Assembly: GCF_963921235.1 (NCBI RefSeq)
Contig: NC_086120.1
Span: 8,928,001-8,992,000 of the forward strand
From: Mobula hypostoma
Taxonomy: Eukaryota
Direction: 5' to 3'
Length of the DNA: 64,000 nt
Shown here piece after piece: positions 57,201-64,000 of the stretch. The translations under genes were made by a program, and so were the position numbers. Positions within the stretch are counted from its first letter, which is position 1. The number at the start of each line of letters is the position of its first letter. The notes beneath the pieces were generated by a model, which did no database searches, was not told the DNA's origin, and was given only the letters and a program-made list of their open reading frames with translations.

Positions 57201-60200
57201 TTGGATATGGGTGTGGAAAATTAGGGGAAACAGTAATTAAAAAGTTTCTAATCTGTAAATATCTAAAAAAGTGAGATCTGGGTAAATTATATTTATTAGA
57301 GAGTTGATCAAAAGGCATAAAACAATTATCCAAAAATAAATCACGAAAAGATATTATACCTTTGGTTTTCCAATCAAAGTAAGCTTGATCCATCGTGGAA
57401 GGTTGAAAAAGAAAATTTGCTAGAATAAATTGATTAAACCCAAAAAATCTTTGGAATTGAAACCATATACGTAAAGTATGCTTAACTATTGGGTTATTCA
57501 TTTGTTTATATAATTTAAAAGAAGTAAAAGGAAGTGAAGTTCCTAAAACCGAACCCAAGGAAAACCCTTGTAATGAATTAGATTCAAGATTTACCCAGTG
57601 AGGGCTTAAAGATACGTCCAAATCTCGTAACCAAAATTTTAAATATCGAATATTAATTGCCCAGTAATAAAATCTAAAATTCGGGATGGCAAGGCCCCCC
57701 CTCCTTTTTAGATTTCTGTAGGTACCTTTTACCTAACCTAGGGTTTTTATTTTGCCAAATATATGAGGAAATTTTTGAATCTACGTTATCAAAAAAAGAT
57801 TTTGGGATGAAAATTGGAACCGATTGGAATATATACAAAAATTTGGGCAAAATGATCATCTTAATAGCATTAATCTGACCAATCAAAGACAAAGAGATTG
57901 GCGACCATTTGGTAAATAGAAGTTTAATCTGATCAATTAAAGGTAAAAAATTAGCTTTAAATAAATCTTTATATTTTTTCATAATTGTTATCCCTAAATA
58001 TATAAATGAATCAGTAACCAATTTAAATGGTAAACGTCCATAAATAGGTACATGCTTATTTAAAGGGAATAATTCACTCTTATTAAGATTCAATTTGTAA
58101 CCAGAGAAGTTACTAAATTGAGCTAACAGATCTAAGATAGCAGGAATTGACTTCTCCGGGTTAGAGATGTATAAGAACAAATCATCTGCATATAATCATA
58201 ATTTATGTATTTCATTTCCACGGGTGATACCAACAATATTTGGCGAGTCACGAATAGCAATTGCTAAAGGTTCAAGAGCAATATTGAATAGTAAAGGACT
58301 AAGAGGGCAACCTTGCCTAGTGCCACGAAAAAGACGAAAAAAGGAGATCTATAATTATTTGTACAAACCGAGGCTACCGGGGAGTAGTATAACAATTTAA
58401 TCCAAGATATAAATGTCAAATTAAAATTATATTTCTCAAGAACATTAAATAAATAAGGCCATTCAACTCTGTCAAAGGCTTTCTCAGCATCTAAAGAGAT
58501 AATACATTCTGGGGTAGTAAATGAGGGGGTATAAACAATATTCATTAACCTCCTAATATTAAAGGATGAATAGCGATTTTTAATAAATCCGGTTTGATCC
58601 ATAGCTAGTCCGGCTTTACCGAATAATTCGGCTACTATTATTAACTCTTTTATGTTGGATTCTGGGATTTCAGAAATTTGGAGATTTCTAAATCCCAATG
58701 ATAAGGAATTCTCCTTTTTTTCACATGTTCATCGTTCTTTTTCTCGAATTGATTATTTCTTGATTGACTCTCGTTTGATTCCATATGTACTTGATTGTAA
58801 TTATGACAGTATTGTTATTTCAGATCATGCTCCAATGAAACTTTTCATCAAGTTAATGGACACCTCTTGTACTAGCAGACAATGGCGATTTAACCCTATT
58901 TTGCTTCAAGATCAGGACTTTGTCAAATTTATAAAGGAGCAGATTGATTTCTTCTTTTCAACTAATACTATGGAAGAAATTTCCAATGGAACTGTTTGGG
59001 ACGCCTTTAAAGCTTATATCCGTGGTCAGATTATTTCCTATTCGGCCGGTTTGAAAAGACGTGTTAACAATGAAATACTTTTGTTGGTTGATAAAATTAA
59101 AGAAGTCGATAAAAAATATGCTATTTCTCCCAGTAAGGAGCTGTACAAACACAAAGTTGAACTCCAATTGGAACATAGCTTATTATTAACATCCTCGATT
59201 GAAAATCAATTAATGAGAACTAGAAGTGATTTTTATATTCATAGCGATAAATTGGGTAAATTACTGGCCAACCAATTGAAATTTGATTCGGTTAAACGTC
59301 AAATTACTAAGATTCGCAAACAGGATGATACTTTCACAGTTGATCATGTTGGGATAAACCAAACCTTTCAAGAATTTTATACCTCTTTATATCACTCTGA
59401 TTTTCCTCATGATTCTAATTTCATGCATGATTTTTTAGGTAAATTGAGTTTTCCGAAATTATCAACCGAAGAGTCCCTATCATTAGAAACTTCCATTTCA
59501 GAGGAAGAAATAATAACTGCAATCTCATCATTGAATTCCGGCAAAGCACCCGGTCTGGATGGGTTTACAGTGGAATTTTTAATTTTTTTTTCCTCCATTC
59601 TTTCTTCTAAGTTGTCTAGAATATTCAAGGAAGCAATCAGTTTAGGTAAATTACCACAATCATTTTACGAAGCCTCTATTTCCTTAATTCTTAAAAAGAA
59701 TAAAGATCCTACTGATTGTGCATCATACAGACCGATATCTCTTTTGAATGTAGACTCTAAAATTTTTTCAAAAATTCTAGCAACTAGATTGGAGAAGGTG
59801 TTACCTCAAATTATTGCTATGGATCAAACCGGATTTATTCCCTTTCCTAATTAAGTCCTTTGTCCTCCTCTACTGGACTCTGAATTTCTCCCAGTCCTCA
59901 GGTGTGCTGCTTTTTCTGGCTAATTTGTATGTTTCTTCTTTGGAATTGATACTATCCCTAATTTCCCTTGTCAGCTACGGGTGCACTACCTTCCCTGGTT
60001 TATTCTTTTGAGAAACTGAGATGAAGAATTGTTGTAGTTCATTCATGTGATCTTTAAATGCTTGCCATTGTATATCCACTGTCAACCCTTTAAGTATCAT
60101 TTGCCAGTCTATGTTAACTAATTCATGTCTCATACCTTCAAAGTTACCCTTCTTTAAGTTCAGCACCTTTGTTTCTGAATTAACTATGTCACTCTCCATC

Positions 60201-62235
60201 TTAATGAAGAATTCCACCATATCATGGTCACTCTTACCCAAGGGGCCTCGCATGACAAGATTGCTAACTAACCCCTCCTCATTACTCAATACCCAGTCTA
60301 GAATAGCCTGCCGTCTCGCTGGTTCCTCGACATGTTGGTTCAGAAAACCATCCCGCATACATTCCAAGAAATCCTCTTCCTCAGCACCCTTACCAATTTG
60401 GTTCAGCCAATATATATGTAGATTGAAGTCACCCATTATAACTGCTGTTCCTTTATTGCATGCATTTCTAATTTCCTGTTTAATGCCATCCCCAACCTCA
60501 CTACTACTGTTGGGTGGCCTGTATGCAACTCCCACCAGCGTCTTCTGCCCCTTAGTGTTATGCAGCTCTACCCATATCAATTCCACATCCTCCAGGCTAA
60601 TGTCCTTCCTTTCTATTGTGTTAATCTCCTCTCTAACCAGCAATGCTACCCCACCTCCTTTTCTTTCATGTCTATCCCTCCTGAATATTGAATATCCCTG
60701 AATGTTGAGCTCCCATCCTTGGTCACCCTGGAGCCATGTCTCTGTGATCCCAACTATATCATATTTATTAATAATTATCTGCACATTCAATTCATCCACC
60801 TTGTTACAAATGCTCCTTGCATTGACACACAAAGCCTTCAGGCTTGTTTTTACAACACTCTTAACCCTTATACAATTATGTTGAAAAGAGGCCCTTTTTG
60901 ATTTTTGCCCTGGATTTGCCTGCCTGCCACTTTTACGTTTCACCTTACTACTTTTTGCTTCTACACTCATTTTACACCCCTCTGTCTCTTTGCACTCGTT
61001 CCCATCCCCCTGTCACCTTAGTTTAAATCCTCCTGAACAACAGTAGCAAACGCCTCCCCTAGGACATTGGTTCCAGTCCAGCCCAGGTGCAGACCGTCCT
61101 GTTTGTACCAGTCCTACCTCCCCCAGAACTGGTTCCAATGCCCTAGAAAATTGAATCCCTCCCCCTTGCACCATTTTTCAAGCCATATATTCATCTGATA
61201 TATCCTCCTATTTCTACTCTGACTAGCACATGGCACTGGTAGTAATCCAGAGATTATTACCTTTGTGGTCCTACTTTTTAGTTTATCTCCTAACTCCCTA
61301 AATTCACCTTGTAGGACCTCATCCCGTTTTTTTACCTATATCGTTGGTACCTATGTGCACCACGCTAACTGGCTGTTCACCCTCACACTCCAGAATGTCC
61401 TGCAGCTGCTTGGATACATCCTTGACCCTTGCACCAGGGAGGCAACATACCCTCCTGGAGTCTCATTTTCCAGCCACAGAAACGCCTATCTATTCCCTTT
61501 ACAATCGAATCCCCTATCACTATAGCTCTCCCACTCCTTTTCCTTCCCCCCTGTGCCGCAGAGCCACCCTGCCTTCCTCTGATGAGACATCTCCCCCAAC
61601 AGTATCCAAAACAGTATATCTGTTTTGGAGGGAGATGATCCCAGAGGACTCCTGCACTACCTGCCTACTGCTACGCTGTCGAGTGGCCACCCATTCCCTT
61701 TCTGCCTGTGTAGCCTTTACCTGCAGTGTGGCCAACTCACTGAACATGCTATTCACAACTTTCTTAGCATGACGGAAGCTCTAGTATGAATCCAATCGTA
61801 GCTCCATCCACTGGCGGTCTGCCAGAAGCTGCAGCTGGACACATTTCCTGCACACATAGTCGTCAGGGACACTGGAAGTATCCCTGATTTCCCACATGCT
61901 GCAGGATGAACAAACCTCGGGGCTGATCTCAGTTGTCATGACCTACCCGATATGCTGCAGACACGCCGCCTTTCTTGCTTCAAATAAAATACCGCTGCAG
62001 GCCGTTCTCCTTTTAAAGGAACTTACCCGGCCTTACCTCACTTGCAGTGAAGCTCGTCCTCAGCCTTTGTTCGCCGAAGCCTCTCGAGGCAAAGCCTACC
62101 TATTCTGTCTCCCACTACTCCATCGCTCCCTACAACGTCGCCCGCTCTGTCAAACTGCTCTCATTTAAATACTCCCGCTGCCTCACGGGCTGACTTACAC
62201 ACGCTTGCACAGTCCTGCCCCGTTCAACCGCTGAA
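54222..62235 (-). mobile_element. Full-length CR1 family 1 (about 4.3 kb) interrupted by an L1 at 56130-59837
   Basis: GC-rich 5' UTR; ORF1 about 61939-61018 (CSSC..CRKC finger, GDS, GTND and DGLHL SGNH-esterase blocks, frameshifted); ORF2 APE (59975-60970) and RT (54304-56093); 3' tail at 54222. Confidence 0.92.
56130..59837 (-). mobile_element. Fish-type L1 LINE, 5'-truncated with 5' inversion
   Basis: Minus segment 56130-58605 (RT, Cys-rich C-terminus CDKC..THMFWSC, AATAAA, A-rich tail); plus segment 58606-59837 (APE C-terminus SRIDYF, SDHAP through QTGFI); 11-bp TSD TTCCCTTTCCT (56119-56129 / 59838-59848). Confidence 0.92.
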
Positions 62236-64000
62236 GAAAATGGATGCTTCTACCTAAGCATCCTCTGTCTGTACTCCTAATGCATGGCCCACTGCTTCTG
62301 TAGGAAGTAGATGCGAATAAGGCGGAACTTGGTCAGCTCTGGGACTGTTGAGTTCAGTTTTACTCTGTTCTATTTTGCCAAAAGCAGTTGCAGTCCAAAC
62401 TATGAGCTGATCAATTGTGGAATAATGATTGGAGAGTCAGTGAGGCAGAGGAATAACAGCAGATTTATTCAACCCCACTCTGGAGAAAACTGCTGAAGGA
62501 CAGATTACACAGCTGATTATAATATCAATGACACTACAGGTAGTGAAATACAGCATGTTACAGTGTCTGAGCCTGGATGGAATCCGTCCGGATGAGTGAG
62601 GATCGAGATTCACTGCAAGGTTTCTTCAGCAACATCATTAACACAAATGACTTGCACCATCACAAAGGTCAAGAGAGACCAGCACTTGGGAACAAGATGA
62701 GCTGGATTCCACTTCCTCACCCCAATGTCACTCATTATCCTGAATAGTTTCTTTGTTGTCTCTGCTATGGATACTTGAACCTCCAGCCCAATATCACTGC
62801 CGAAGTACCGTATATACATGATACAAATTTTGGATGGTTGAGAAAGCAGCCCATCAGGAATGCCTTCTCTTAATGAAGAAGGGCAACAAATTTTGTCCTT
62901 AACAGCAGTATATACATCACTTTCATTGATACAAATGAGATGTCCCATCAGGATCCATTGATAGATTGTCCATCTAGACTTGCTCTAATTTGATACCCTG
63001 TGTCTAATTTTAAATTCTCATTATTTGTGTCATGTGCCTCTGTCTCTATTTTTCTGTCTCCTTTTTTAGCTTTCTACTTCTAAGTCTTCAGTACATTTTC
63101 CATGCCTCCAACTGTTTTGTTGTTAAGACATCCAAATTTTCATGATTCTCACACAAATCTCTTGTCATTCTCTTCATCCTCTTGCCTCTGTATTATTTTT
63201 TTTATATAGGTCAGATGCTTTGATATTCCAAATGCTCCTTCTGAAGCTTGGCACACATTTAGACTGTCTACAGCTCTATTTGATTGCAAAAAGGAAAATT
63301 CTGAAGACCAGTTCCTGGTGGAGTCTACAATTTGATCTTAGCCCCTTGATTTCCTTCTTTTGGAGGGAAGTTTATTTAAAGGATTAAAGTGGCAGATCTT
63401 ATAGCTACTTTGTGCTGCAAGGTTATTCAGGATGTCAGAGACTGGTGGAAGGTAATGAAATAATTAACTCCAGTGGGGCAATTCTCCTAAATGAAGCTCC
63501 AGCACTCTGCATCATTGACATTCGTTAATGATCACCCACTGGATAATGCAAACCCAGGTCATTAATCTCTGAATCCATAATATCTCAAACAGAAAAGAAA
63601 TGGAGATAATTAGATTCTGTGAAGATAGGAAAGAAACAGAAATAATACATATTTGCCTCTGCTACCAACTCTGGTAGTACATTCTTGGCACTCACCATTC
63701 TTTCTGGAAGCATATGGTCTGCAAATCTCCATTCAACTGAGCCCCCTCAACTTAAATGAATGCCCTCAAGTTTCAGACACTTTTACCATGTGAAAATATA
63801 CCAGATTTATCCAATCGCTCCTTTTCCCACCTGCCCTCAACTTTATGCAGCATCCTGGTAAACTCTTTTGTATCCTCTCTAAAGCCTCCCCATCTATCTC
63901 GTATTGGGATGACCAGAACTGAATGCAATAAATAGAGCAATGGATTCAGGGGAGATGTATGTCATTCATAATAGCTATCAATAAGTGGATAGACTTACAT

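Noticed and set aside
62610-62948. 112-aa minus-strand ORF
   Set aside because: No recognisable domain, no convincing splice boundaries, and flanking frames are full of stops.

Overview
Eukaryotic genomic DNA, almost certainly from a cartilaginous fish (inferred from the cluster-type Ig gene and the repeat families; species not determinable). Most of the window is nested transposon debris: a young CR1 LINE family (six copies, one full-length, one a single frameshift from an intact ORF2), older CR1s, Rex1/Babar, L1/Tx1, Penelope-like elements (PLEs), Gypsy LTR relics and a Tc1 derivative. The only host gene I can support is one intact immunoglobulin light-chain minilocus (+, 47086-49563): octamer/TATA promoter, leader exon, a V already fused in frame to J with no RSS, a C exon and a polyA signal. 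It looks like the sigma isotype. Highlights: (1) the germline-joined sigma-type VJ, whose joint parses as hairpin (P) nucleotides; (2) minimal hammerhead ribozyme cores in PLE terminal repeats, including a fold-back insertion in the J-C intron whose sense-strand ribozyme is mutated; (3) a twin-primed, 5'-inverted L1; (4) a Gypsy whose pol ends at RNase H (Gmr1-like order); (5) a Tc1 palindrome built from two right ends. All calls were made by eye with no database searches; boundaries of old repeats are approximate.
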